A stretch of DNA of 64,000 nt from the IMG/VR virus record IMGVR_UViG_3300029610_000357, positions 52,285 to 116,284 of that record, one strand, 5' to 3'. Position 1 is the first letter of the stretch. Every line of letters begins with the position of its first letter. Source of the DNA: a virus (taxonomy: Duplodnaviria; Heunggongvirae; Uroviricota; Caudoviricetes). A program made the translations under genes and the position numbers. Shown piece after piece: positions 26,419-35,065 of the stretch. The notes beneath the pieces are model-generated. The model made no database searches. It saw only the letters and a list, made by a program, of their open reading frames with translations, and was not told the DNA's origin.

Positions 26419-27180
26419 ATGAATGTAGAAAAGAGTTTAGAAAAAGCAGGAGTAGACACAAAGAAATATCCTTCATTAGCTATGCAGAATATTTTAGGAT
26501 ATCAAGGGAAAGCGTTTGCAGAAAATTCATACCTGTATAAAAAGATTATGGAAGATGGACATGTGTTTAATCCTTATATACACAGAAGATGGCTTCCATA
26601 TCAGTTTATGAATGCTGTCCATTGGACAAGACGGTATTATGTAGAGACTATTGGTTATGTAAAGATGCTTGAAAAAGAATTGATGCGTGGCAATAATGTA
26701 GATAATTGGAAATATATGTACGATAAATTTGGAAAAGAGCTTAATGCTTTATATACACTCTCAAAAAGAGATAAAAAAGCGTATAAAGAAAGATGGGCTG
26801 CTTTTGGAAGGTTAGAAATTTTGAATTATTTTTCTCAAGGGTTTGATTGTATAGGGATAAATCAGAATACATTCTTGGAAATGAAAAATTTATTAGCGGA
26901 TGAAAGATTTGAAGCTGAACGATATTGGCGATATACTAATTGTTTATTGTATAAACAGTCACAATTTAGAAAAGATTTGGTAACAACAACTTTCCATTCA
27001 GGAATTTATTTTACATTAAAACACATTATGATGTTTGATTATGACAAATTACATATGTCTTCATCCCAAAAAGAAAGCCTAAAACGAATTAGAGAAGACT
27101 TAATTAATGGAGATTTCAATTATGAGCAGGCTTTTACAATTATTGAAGATTACGTAGCAAGATATTACAATCCAAGATAG
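26419..27180 (+). CDS. hypothetical protein
   Basis: ATG 26419 after a GGAAAGGAAG RBS. Confidence 0.55.
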   Translation: MNVEKSLEKAGVDTKKYPSLAMQNILGYQGKAFAENSYLYKKIMEDGHVFNPYIHRRWLPYQFMNAVHWTRRYYVETIGYVKMLEKELMRGNNVDNWKYMYDKFGKELNALYTLSKRDKKAYKERWAAFGRLEILNYFSQGFDCIGINQNTFLEMKNLLADERFEAERYWRYTNCLLYKQSQFRKDLVTTTFHSGIYFTLKHIMMFDYDKLHMSSSQKESLKRIREDLINGDFNYEQAFTIIEDYVARYYNPR

Positions 27181-27193
27181 AGAGGGGAATTAT

Positions 27194-27691
27194 ATGCCAG
27201 AAGAAGTAAAGAAATTAACTATTAAAGAAGCAGATGAGTTTATTAAAAAGAAAGTAATCGGAGTTCTCATAAAAGCAGATGTAACAATAATAGTAAATGA
27301 ATTAGAAGCTATTTATGGAGATTCGTTAGCAAATGGAACGGTTGGAGATTCGTTTTATATTTATAACTGTCCAGAAAATTATGATGAATCAGATTATGAA
27401 GAGCTTGAGTATATTGACTATGATGATATGTGTGAAGATGATATTCGTGAAGAGAGAGCTGAAGCAGGAGATTTCAATCTTAAAGTATATAAGTGGTTCA
27501 TTGTTGATCCAAGATTTACAGAATTATTAAAAGATTTAGGAGAGATAGTTGCTCCAGATATTAACCTTTGGGGATGTTGTGAAGACATTGAAGACGCAAG
27601 CGAAGCAACTGTAATTGAAGAATTTTTTGAGAGAATGCAGATTCTGTATGGACAAAAGAATGCAATTATTACAGAAAAATTGAGTGCCTAA
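27194..27691 (+). CDS. acidic hypothetical protein
   Basis: ORF track; D/E-rich. Confidence 0.55.
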   Translation: MPEEVKKLTIKEADEFIKKKVIGVLIKADVTIIVNELEAIYGDSLANGTVGDSFYIYNCPENYDESDYEELEYIDYDDMCEDDIREERAEAGDFNLKVYKWFIVDPRFTELLKDLGEIVAPDINLWGCCEDIEDASEATVIEEFFERMQILYGQKNAIITEKLSA

Positions 27692-27743
27692 ACCAACAAA
27701 AGGGAGATGTACCCTTTGTAGAAATACTTATCATCAACCATCA

Positions 27744-27859
27744 AAGAAGGAGGATCTTCAGAACCCTCCGCATTGATTACGCTAAACATCACTTCGTAAT
27801 GATTTAGCAGCATCAACTGCGAGAGGAGTTCATGAAGATCCTCCTTCTTGAATCATAAA
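27744..27859 (+). other. hairpin-box module B1
   Basis: 17-bp perfect outer stem AAGAAGGAGGATCTTCA/TGAAGATCCTCCTTCTT enclosing further pairing, then ATCATAAATACATAGAGG at 27852. Confidence 0.55.
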
Positions 27860-27955
27860 TACATAGAGGAATACATCGAAGATAAGTTGTTCTACATTTT
27901 TTTTGCAAGAGATATACTTGCTGATTTAATGAATTGTGTTTGAATCACTCACATA

Positions 27956-28076
27956 ATCAGGAGAAAGGAGGCATAATCTCATCTCCTTCACTGGCAAGCC
28001 AGGAAGGACTTGATGAGATTACACTCCGCTGCGGCGTCATTGTGCCTCCATACTCCTGATCATGTTTGATCATAAA
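27956..28076 (+). other. hairpin-box module B2
   Basis: ATCAGGAG..GGAGGCA-TAATCTCATC..GATGAGATTA..TGCCTCC..CTCCTGAT, then ATCATAAACCAATAGAGAAA at 28069. The box plus 12 nt are identical to A3. Confidence 0.55.
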
Positions 28077-28149
28077 CCAATAGAGAAATATATCACCTCA
28101 CAATGAGTTAAATCTGTAACTATTAATTTACATAGAAAAGGAGAAACAG

Positions 28150-28722
28150 ATGAAAGCGATTTTTAAAGGAGAAACGGTTGTAAGAACTAAATTAACATTA
28201 GATACTGGGCTTGAGAAATTAGATGGATCTGATGTTAGGTATTTTGTAAGAGAGCCTAAACTGATACATGAGTGTACGAATGAAGATTGGGGGATTGTGT
28301 TAGAAAAAGATCTTTCATTCAATAAGATTATGCTTATTAATTCTTATATCGATGAAGTAGTTTTAGATGGAATTACACTTGAGTTTCCAGATATTGTATA
28401 TCTTAATCTTGAAGAAGATAAAGTAATTTTTGAAGTTGGTGGTTCTTATACAATTAAAGATAAAGACGAGGAAGAGAAAATTGAAACATACCACAAGCTT
28501 ATGGAAGCTTACAATAAGCAAGTAAGAACTAGAGAAGAGAACGAAGATGATTGCTGTGGTTGTGGATTCTGCTCAAAAGAGGGTGACTTCTCTGGAGAGG
28601 AATATGATGAAATAAAAGGGTTCAATGAAGAGGACATTGAAAAGAAAGCAATGGATGATCTAGATGATCTAAATGAAATTCTTACAGCATTCTTTGGGGA
28701 TGTTCCGGGATTCAAGTGTTAG
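28150..28722 (+). CDS. acidic hypothetical protein
   Basis: ORF track; GGAGAAA RBS. Confidence 0.55.
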   Translation: MKAIFKGETVVRTKLTLDTGLEKLDGSDVRYFVREPKLIHECTNEDWGIVLEKDLSFNKIMLINSYIDEVVLDGITLEFPDIVYLNLEEDKVIFEVGGSYTIKDKDEEEKIETYHKLMEAYNKQVRTREENEDDCCGCGFCSKEGDFSGEEYDEIKGFNEEDIEKKAMDDLDDLNEILTAFFGDVPGFKC

Positions 28723-28740
28723 TTAAAGATTGATATTGAG

Positions 28741-28769
28741 AGAGACACTTCGTATGAGGTGTCTCTTTT
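28741..28769 (+). terminator. rho-independent terminator
   Basis: AGAGACAC-loop-GTGTCTCT followed by TTT. Confidence 0.7.
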
Positions 28770-28807
28770 AGTATATAAATTTTTTAGAAAGGAGATGAAA
28801 AAGGAAG

Positions 28808-29596
28808 ATGGCAACAGAGTTTGACAAACGAATGAAAGCTTATGAATGTGTCTCAAGACAGTACTTAACAAGAAGAGTACCAGTTGCGATCAGAGTAGAT
28901 GGAAAGGCATTTCATACATTCACTAGAGGGTTTCAGAAACCGTTCGATGAAGTGCTTAGCAATGCAATGCAGGCCACAATGATGAAAATGTGTAGACAGA
29001 TTCAAGGTTGTGTGTTTGCTTACACACAGAGTGATGAAATTACATTTATTCTTATCGATTATCAGAAGCTAAATTCTGATGGCTGGTTTAACTACCGTAC
29101 TGATAAGATGTGTAGCATTGCAGCGAGTATGGCTACTATGGAGTTCAATAAGGTATTTAGTGCTTTTGTTTATGGATTTAAGGTAAACAAGGGAGAAGAC
29201 ATATCAAGTGAAGATATGGAAGTGCTTAAAGCCTATGAGAAATCTAAAGAACGTGGAGCTATGTTTGATGCTAGAGCATTTTCAATTCCAAAAGAAGAAG
29301 TTACGAATCTAATTTATTGGAGACAGCAAGACGCTATGAGGAATGCAGTTCAGATGGTTGGACAAGCATTTTATTCCCACAAAGAGCTTCAGGGTGTTAA
29401 TTGTGAGATGCTTAAAGAAATGTTACTGGCTGATAAGGGAATTGATTGGGATAAGATTCCTGTGAAATATCAGAGAGGTAGCTGTTGTGTCAAGGTTGAT
29501 GGTGAATGGACTATTGACAATAACATTTCTATCTTCAGAGGTAGTGACAGAGAGCAAATTGATAAGCTTGTGTTTGTTGAGAGTGAAGAGAACTGA
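28808..29596 (+). CDS. Thg1-like protein (tRNA-His guanylyltransferase family, 3'-5' polymerase)
   Basis: FDKRMKAYE...PVAIRVDGKAFHTFTRGFQKPFD...AYTQSDEITFIL matches the Thg1 catalytic pattern (RxDG..F, SDE). Confidence 0.75.
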   Translation: MATEFDKRMKAYECVSRQYLTRRVPVAIRVDGKAFHTFTRGFQKPFDEVLSNAMQATMMKMCRQIQGCVFAYTQSDEITFILIDYQKLNSDGWFNYRTDKMCSIAASMATMEFNKVFSAFVYGFKVNKGEDISSEDMEVLKAYEKSKERGAMFDARAFSIPKEEVTNLIYWRQQDAMRNAVQMVGQAFYSHKELQGVNCEMLKEMLLADKGIDWDKIPVKYQRGSCCVKVDGEWTIDNNISIFRGSDREQIDKLVFVESEEN

Positions 29597-29665
29597 GCGT
29601 CTGATTAGACGTGCAGATATAGAAATGAACTGTCGCAGAGTTGCGACGGTTGGAAAGGAGAAGGG

Positions 29666-29827
29666 ATGGAAATAAAAGGTGACACTATAAAAACCGTAAA
29701 AGAAGTAAATCCAAGTAAGTTTGAAGAAGAAGTTTCTAATTTGATTAATAAAGGATACAAATTAGAAGCTTCTTCTTGTAATAGTACTTATTGGAAAGCT
29801 ATTTTAGTTTTAGAGAGAAAGGAGTAG
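29666..29827 (+). CDS. small ORF (53 aa)
   Basis: Own translation MEIKGDTIKTVKEVNPSKFEEEVSNLINKGYKLEASSCNSTYWKAILVLERKE*; strong GGAAAGGAGAAGGG RBS. Confidence 0.45.
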   Translation: MEIKGDTIKTVKEVNPSKFEEEVSNLINKGYKLEASSCNSTYWKAILVLERKE

Positions 29828-29829
29828 AG

Positions 29830-30573
29830 ATGAATGAAGTAGAAACAAAAGAGATCCCGTTTTATGGAGATACGCTTTTAGGTGTAAAAGATGAGGATGG
29901 AGAAGTTTGGTTGGCAATCAGAAGCACATGTATACAGCTAGGGTTTAATGAAAGACGAGCAAGGGCACAAAGAGAGAAAATTCAAGCTGACAAAGTCTTA
30001 TCCAAAGGTGGCCGAAATTTTGGCCTCCTTACAGCAGGGGGTAAACAAGAAACATTTTGCTTACATGAAACATATGTGCCACTTTGGTTAGCTAAAATTA
30101 CATTAACCAAAAAGATGGAAGAGGATATTCCCAATGTTGTTGAAAAGCTAGAAAGATATCAACTTGAAGCAAGAGATGTTTTACATAGGGAAATGTATGG
30201 CACAGAAGAACAGAAAGAAAAGCTTCACAATAACCTAGGTTTGCAAGGAGAGATTATACAACTAAAAGATGCTGTAGATTCTGTAACTGAACAGCTTAAA
30301 GATCAAACAGAGAGATTAGATTTAGTAATGAACAATATGACTATTGATACTAAAAAGCAGAGTCGTATTCAAAAGGCCGCAAAGGAAAGAGTAAGTGAAT
30401 TACTTGGTGGAGCTCATTCAGGACTGTATAAAGCTAAAGGTGCTTTGTATTTTGCAAATCTGTGGCATCAATTGAGATTAGAATTTGAATGTGGAACTTA
30501 TAAAGATCTTAGTCCAAACGATTTTGATGATGCTATGAGCTTTATTCAGAGTTGGACATATGTAGAAAGGTAG
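29830..30573 (+). CDS. antirepressor-like protein (P22 AR N-terminal-like plus ORF6C-like C-terminal domain)
   Basis: IPFYGDTLLGVKDEDGEVWLAIRSTCIQLGF. The C-terminus RVSELLGGAHSGLYKAKGALYFANLWHQLRLEFECG is paralogous to 36072..36815. Confidence 0.55.
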   Translation: MNEVETKEIPFYGDTLLGVKDEDGEVWLAIRSTCIQLGFNERRARAQREKIQADKVLSKGGRNFGLLTAGGKQETFCLHETYVPLWLAKITLTKKMEEDIPNVVEKLERYQLEARDVLHREMYGTEEQKEKLHNNLGLQGEIIQLKDAVDSVTEQLKDQTERLDLVMNNMTIDTKKQSRIQKAAKERVSELLGGAHSGLYKAKGALYFANLWHQLRLEFECGTYKDLSPNDFDDAMSFIQSWTYVER

Positions 30574-30584
30574 AGGGAAGAAAG

Positions 30585-31553
30585 ATGAGAACAATTACAA
30601 ATACACATACAGGAAAAATTATTTCTGATACAGATTTAACATTGGAATATCTTTATGTTGGAGATTATGGAAAAGAAAATAACATTAAAGCAGATTTTCT
30701 TGGATATAACAAACGTATTGAGAAAGTAGAACATAAACCTGTTAATGTAAAAGAAAAATTAGTTGTTACTGTTTCTTCCCAGAAAGGTTGTCCAATGCAT
30801 TGTAATTTCTGTGATTGTCCTAAGCTTGGATTTAAAGGAAATGCATCTTTAGCTGAGCTCATGGCTGAAATCACATCTGGAATCGCTTTATCTGGAGTAA
30901 AAGATGGAGAACGACTAAATGCGCATTATGCCAGAATGGGTGAACCTACATTTAATCCAAATGTAATTGTTTCTGCAAGACAGGTTGCTCTAATGTTGGC
31001 TGATCCTGATGGAGATATTCATTTTGATACATATCACCCTGTTGTTTCTACAATGATGCCAAAAGCAAATCAGAACTTGAAAGCGTTTTTATTCAAATGG
31101 ATAGCAACAGGTTTCCAATACGGTGGAGAAGATGGTTTCGGTCTTCAGTTTTCTATCAATACATTAGATGAAGAACAGCGAAATGAAATGTTTAGAGAAT
31201 GTTCTTTGTCGTTAGAAGAAATTGGAGCTATTATTGACGATCTTCCAATGCCAAAGAAACGCAAATATACATTAAATTTTGCAGTTACATCTGAAAGCAA
31301 CTTGGATGTTGATTTAATGAACAAGTATTTTGACAAAGAAAAGTGCATTGTTAAGATTACTCCAATTCATGAAACAGTTGAAGCTGTCGATGAAGGTTAT
31401 GAGATTGTTACAGATTTTGATGTTTATGAAAAATTTGAACAGCCTTTAGTAGAAGACGGTTGGGATGTAATTGTATTTGTTCCATCAAAAGAAGAAGATG
31501 CAGACAGAATTACATGTGGAAATTCATTGATTGCATTGAACAAAGATGAATAG
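30585..31553 (+). CDS. radical SAM enzyme, RlmN/Cfr-like RNA methyltransferase
   Basis: VSSQKGCPMHCNFCDCPKLGFKGNASLAEL (CxxxCxxC in RlmN-like context), MGEPTFNPN, C-terminal ITCGNSL (compare aaCGQL). Confidence 0.55.
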   Translation: MRTITNTHTGKIISDTDLTLEYLYVGDYGKENNIKADFLGYNKRIEKVEHKPVNVKEKLVVTVSSQKGCPMHCNFCDCPKLGFKGNASLAELMAEITSGIALSGVKDGERLNAHYARMGEPTFNPNVIVSARQVALMLADPDGDIHFDTYHPVVSTMMPKANQNLKAFLFKWIATGFQYGGEDGFGLQFSINTLDEEQRNEMFRECSLSLEEIGAIIDDLPMPKKRKYTLNFAVTSESNLDVDLMNKYFDKEKCIVKITPIHETVEAVDEGYEIVTDFDVYEKFEQPLVEDGWDVIVFVPSKEEDADRITCGNSLIALNKDE

Positions 31554-31574
31554 AAAGGTAGAGGAAGTTTAGAA

Positions 31575-32450
31575 ATGTTAATGTTTTTTAGAGTGTTGTT
31601 AATTGTTGCAACCATTGTGTTAATTGTTGTTGGGTGTTTTGATTCCAATAAAGAGGAATCAAAGGAATCCAAGAAAGGTGCTTTATGGGCTTTAGTTCCT
31701 ATTGTGATTTTTGTACTTACATTGTGTGTTGTATATGTACCATCTAATAATGTAGGAATCCGTTGGTCAGCGTTCAGTGGAACTAGCAGCAAGACATTAA
31801 ACGAAGGAATTACATTCAAAAGTCCAATTGATAAGGTATTTCTTATTCCAACCACTGTAGAAGAGAGAACAATCAAAAACGTAAATGTGCAGACTAAAGA
31901 TGCACAGTTTGTCAGAGCTGAAGTGAATGTCAAGTTCCGTGTTAATCAGAAAGACGCCTTTAAGGTATACAAGAGATACACAACACTTGACAACCTAAAG
32001 CAGAATATCATTAGCAACTATGCACAGAAGAGTATTGAAACAGTTGTAACTCAGTACAATGTGATTGACACTCTTGGAGCTAAGAAAAATGAAATCTACG
32101 CCTTAGCTACAAAAGATTTACAGAACATGCTTAAAGATGAGGGTGTTGAGCTTGTGCAGCTGACTATCAAAGACATGAACGCAGGTAGTGAGATTGAAAA
32201 AGCGATCGCTGATGAGGCAGTTGCCAAGAAACGTGTAGAAACAGCAGAGCAGAATCGTCTTAAAGCTAAGAAAGATGCTGAGACTAAGGTAGTTAATGCT
32301 AAAGCAGAGGCAGATGCAAACAAAATCTTAGAGAAACAGTTGACAAATAAAATCTTAATTCAGCAGTGGATTGAGAAATGGAACGGAGAAGTTCCTAAAG
32401 TATCCGGAGATAGTAAATCTATGATTAATATTCAGGATCTCTTGAATTAG
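31575..32450 (+). CDS. SPFH/band-7 (prohibitin/HflK-like) membrane protein
   Basis: N-terminal TM helices, then VGIRWSAFSG..LNEGITFKSPIDKV..V.TKD.Q.V...V.V.FRV and a coiled-coil tail. Confidence 0.7.
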   Translation: MLMFFRVLLIVATIVLIVVGCFDSNKEESKESKKGALWALVPIVIFVLTLCVVYVPSNNVGIRWSAFSGTSSKTLNEGITFKSPIDKVFLIPTTVEERTIKNVNVQTKDAQFVRAEVNVKFRVNQKDAFKVYKRYTTLDNLKQNIISNYAQKSIETVVTQYNVIDTLGAKKNEIYALATKDLQNMLKDEGVELVQLTIKDMNAGSEIEKAIADEAVAKKRVETAEQNRLKAKKDAETKVVNAKAEADANKILEKQLTNKILIQQWIEKWNGEVPKVSGDSKSMINIQDLLN

Positions 32451-32481
32451 TATTAAGCCGGCTCGTAAGAGCTGGCATCTT

Positions 32482-32631
32482 GGGGACATAGCTTAATAGG
32501 TAAAGCAAAACTATATTTTTCCATAAAGAACTTAAAACTAAAATTTTCATATTAAATATAAACATTTTGTACCTCCCTATTGTAATAAAATAACACTTAT
32601 ATTTATGTGGGTTCGAGTCCCACTGTCCCCA
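32482..32631 (+). tRNA. tRNA-like gene interrupted by a ~75-nt AT-rich insertion; anticodon unresolved
   Basis: GGGGACA-TA-GCTT-AATAGGTA-AAGC ... GTGGG-TTCGAGT-CCCAC-TGTCCCC-A. Acceptor, D- and T-arms are perfect, but no 5-7-5 anticodon arm can be drawn. Confidence 0.45.
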
Positions 32632-32672
32632 TTGTAGTTTTAAATAAGGAAGTAAAGAAAGGAAGTAGAAGT

Positions 32673-32912
32673 ATGTTAATTGTAAACCAGAAGAAATCTG
32701 AAGTCTATAATATACAGATGATGAAATGCTTGTATGTATCTCATTCTGGAGATTGGTTTTTTATCAACATGGATCTTTTAGGAGAAGAAAATGTAACCTT
32801 AGGGGATTTTAGTTCATATGAAAAAGCGAATGAGGTGTTACTTAAATTTGTAGATGAATATAAGAACCGTATTCCAGATCAGAATACGGTTTTTTACATA
32901 CCAGAAAAGTAA
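32673..32912 (+). CDS. hypothetical protein
   Basis: ATG 32673 after an AGGAAG RBS. The track start at 32607 lies inside the tRNA-like element. Confidence 0.5.
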   Translation: MLIVNQKKSEVYNIQMMKCLYVSHSGDWFFINMDLLGEENVTLGDFSSYEKANEVLLKFVDEYKNRIPDQNTVFYIPEK

Positions 32913-32922
32913 AGGTGAGGTT

Positions 32923-33390
32923 ATGAAGAAATTAGAATATAAAAAATATTATCATTTGATTTATAAAAGACGAAATGGAGACTTAACCTTGCAGCCATCA
33001 ACAATAGATTATGATGACTCAATGTGTCATGCAGAGGATATGTGCGAGTGTATGATATTCTGTGGGTTTTATGATAGTTGTCTAAATGTTGAAAAAGCAT
33101 GGAATACCATAAAGGAATTTGAAGGACAGAAGTTTACATGGAAAGATGTGGTAGAAATCAATGGAAAACACTATGCGGAGGAATTTCCAATTTCAGGGCT
33201 AATGGATAGTGAGGATGTTTATCAGATTGATGATTTCTTAGAGTCTGTTGGAAGGAAATATAATGTATATCCGGGAAACATTAAGACGTATATGATGGAC
33301 GGAATTGCTTTCGATCCTAAAGAAGTAGAGTTTGGTGCTGAAAGTTGCGGATGCTATATCAATGGAATTCCTGAAGAATGTTATGAGTAA
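32923..33390 (+). CDS. hypothetical protein
   Basis: ATG 32923 after an AGGTGAGG RBS. Confidence 0.55.
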   Translation: MKKLEYKKYYHLIYKRRNGDLTLQPSTIDYDDSMCHAEDMCECMIFCGFYDSCLNVEKAWNTIKEFEGQKFTWKDVVEINGKHYAEEFPISGLMDSEDVYQIDDFLESVGRKYNVYPGNIKTYMMDGIAFDPKEVEFGAESCGCYINGIPEECYE

Positions 33391-33403
33391 AGGAGTGAAA
33401 GCA

Positions 33404-33460
33404 ATGGAAATGATTGAAATTGAGATTAAGCCAGAGACAAGAGAACAGTGCAATAATTAG
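33404..33460 (+). CDS. micro-ORF, 18 aa, MEMIEIEIKPETREQCNN
   Basis: AGGAG RBS 8 nt upstream. Paralog at 33777-33821 differs by synonymous changes plus an in-frame 6-nt indel. Confidence 0.45.
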   Translation: MEMIEIEIKPETREQCNN

Positions 33461-33472
33461 AGAGGAGAATTT

Positions 33473-33772
33473 ATGAGCGTAAGGGAGCTTTTAGATAAAG
33501 TAATTGAGTTAAATGTAAAATTTTTAGAGAAACAGATAAAAGGGGAAATTGATCATAGCTTTAGAGATCCTGATACTATTTTAGCAGATCTTATGGATGA
33601 TCAAGACTTTGAAGTAAATGGAACAGCAATTGAATTGTTTTCAATTTACAGAGATCAAGAGAATGGACATGAGACTTTTAATGACATGTTCAGATTCTTT
33701 ACAGGAAAGGAATTCGAAGATTATTTGAAAGAGTGTAAAGAAGTTTTAGAGCATGAGATTGATCAAAACTAG
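33473..33772 (+). CDS. acidic helical hypothetical protein (99 aa)
   Basis: ORF track; GAGAGGAG RBS. Confidence 0.55.
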   Translation: MSVRELLDKVIELNVKFLEKQIKGEIDHSFRDPDTILADLMDDQDFEVNGTAIELFSIYRDQENGHETFNDMFRFFTGKEFEDYLKECKEVLEHEIDQN

Positions 33773-33776
33773 AAGA

Positions 33777-33821
33777 GTGATCGAAATTAAATCAGAGATA
33801 AGAGAACAGTGTAATAATTAG
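33777..33821 (+). CDS. micro-ORF, 14 aa, (V/M)IEIKSEIREQCNN
   Basis: GTG start with a weak RBS. 3' 40 nt nearly identical to 33421-33470. Confidence 0.35.
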   Translation: MIEIKSEIREQCNN

Positions 33822-33834
33822 AGAGGAGGACACT

Positions 33835-34746
33835 ATGGATAGAACAGACCAAACAGCAATTATGGAATCCGATGCAGTAGATTTGAATCAGCTAAAACAC
33901 AAAATTTATCAAGAAGCAATTAGAGATATCGGCCAATCAGGATATGAAGCCCATATGCGTGATTTATTTGGTCGTCCAGTACTTGATTTTGCAAAAACAC
34001 TTGTTATAAATCTTCCGGGTTCCTGTTATGCAAATTGTCCTTATTGTATTGATAAAGGCTTACGCAAAAATGTTATGGACTATGATGATTTTCTCGAAAC
34101 ATGTGAGATTGTATTGAAAGAAAAACATGATTTTAATGAAGTTTCTATTACGGGAGGGAGTTTACCTTCTGACAAATTTAATGAGTTGATAGACATTATA
34201 CAGAAGTATTGTCCAGATGTAAAAATCACATGGAATACAAATGGGGCAAACATAAATAGTTCATACAACATATCGCACATTAAGTATATTAACCTACATA
34301 GAAATTCAGCAGATGATAAGACCAATAAAGAACTATTTTATACTGACACAGAAATCATATCCATTGAAGATTTTAAGCAGTTTGCTGAGAATAAGCTTTG
34401 TATAAGAGTAACTGTTGATAAGGATTTTGATATAGATGAGTATGTAAAATATAAAACCCCAATGTATCTTAATCGTTTGTTGCCAGGTAATACTGAGACA
34501 GAAAAGGTATTTAATAAGGTAAAAACAGCTATTAACATTACTGAAGATACCGATGTGCGTCGAAGAAATCATTACATAAATGGAATATATAAAGATATTC
34601 CTGTTAGATTATGTGTTGGAGATCATCTTGCAAAGCATGTACCCAATAAATATCCCGCATGGCTTAATGTAGTTATTATCCATCGTAGTGGAGTGGTTGC
34701 AGGGTCTTGGTATGAAGATGATAAGTTTTTATATAAAAGGAAGTAG
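33835..34746 (+). CDS. radical SAM domain protein (family unassigned, no SPASM-type Cys clusters)
   Basis: LPGSCYANCPYCIDK (CxxxCxxC), VSITGGS (GGE-like). Confidence 0.65.
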   Translation: MDRTDQTAIMESDAVDLNQLKHKIYQEAIRDIGQSGYEAHMRDLFGRPVLDFAKTLVINLPGSCYANCPYCIDKGLRKNVMDYDDFLETCEIVLKEKHDFNEVSITGGSLPSDKFNELIDIIQKYCPDVKITWNTNGANINSSYNISHIKYINLHRNSADDKTNKELFYTDTEIISIEDFKQFAENKLCIRVTVDKDFDIDEYVKYKTPMYLNRLLPGNTETEKVFNKVKTAINITEDTDVRRRNHYINGIYKDIPVRLCVGDHLAKHVPNKYPAWLNVVIIHRSGVVAGSWYEDDKFLYKRK

Positions 34747-34751
34747 TCAAA

Positions 34752-34988
34752 ATGAATAAATTACATGAACGTGCCTATTGTCAAGAATGTGGAAAGTTTG
34801 TTGAGTATGACATTCGTGATGAAATAGTAGAAGAGAACTTCCATGGAACTATAGTTCATTTCCCTTTTAAGGTTGGTCGCTGTAGAGAATGTGGAGCAGA
34901 GATTGCAACAGACAATGGATACAACTTTAGAAGAGGAGATGCAGTGTGGGAAGCTTATAAGAAACTGAAAGGAGAATTCATAAGATGA
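34752..34988 (+). CDS. YgiT/MqsA-type zinc-ribbon protein
   Basis: CQECG...FHGTIVHFPFKVGRCRECGAEI. Paralogous architecture to 39146..39373. Confidence 0.5.
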   Translation: MNKLHERAYCQECGKFVEYDIRDEIVEENFHGTIVHFPFKVGRCRECGAEIATDNGYNFRRGDAVWEAYKKLKGEFIR

Positions 34989-35016
34989 GGTATCAGATGC
35001 GTACCTCATCTTTTTT
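34986..35016 (+). terminator. rho-independent terminator
   Basis: TGAGGTA-loop-TACCTCA followed by TCTTTTTT. Confidence 0.8.
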
Positions 35017-35065
35017 CTAACGTCGCAATTTGCGACTTTAGGCTATCAGAAAGGAAAATTTACAT

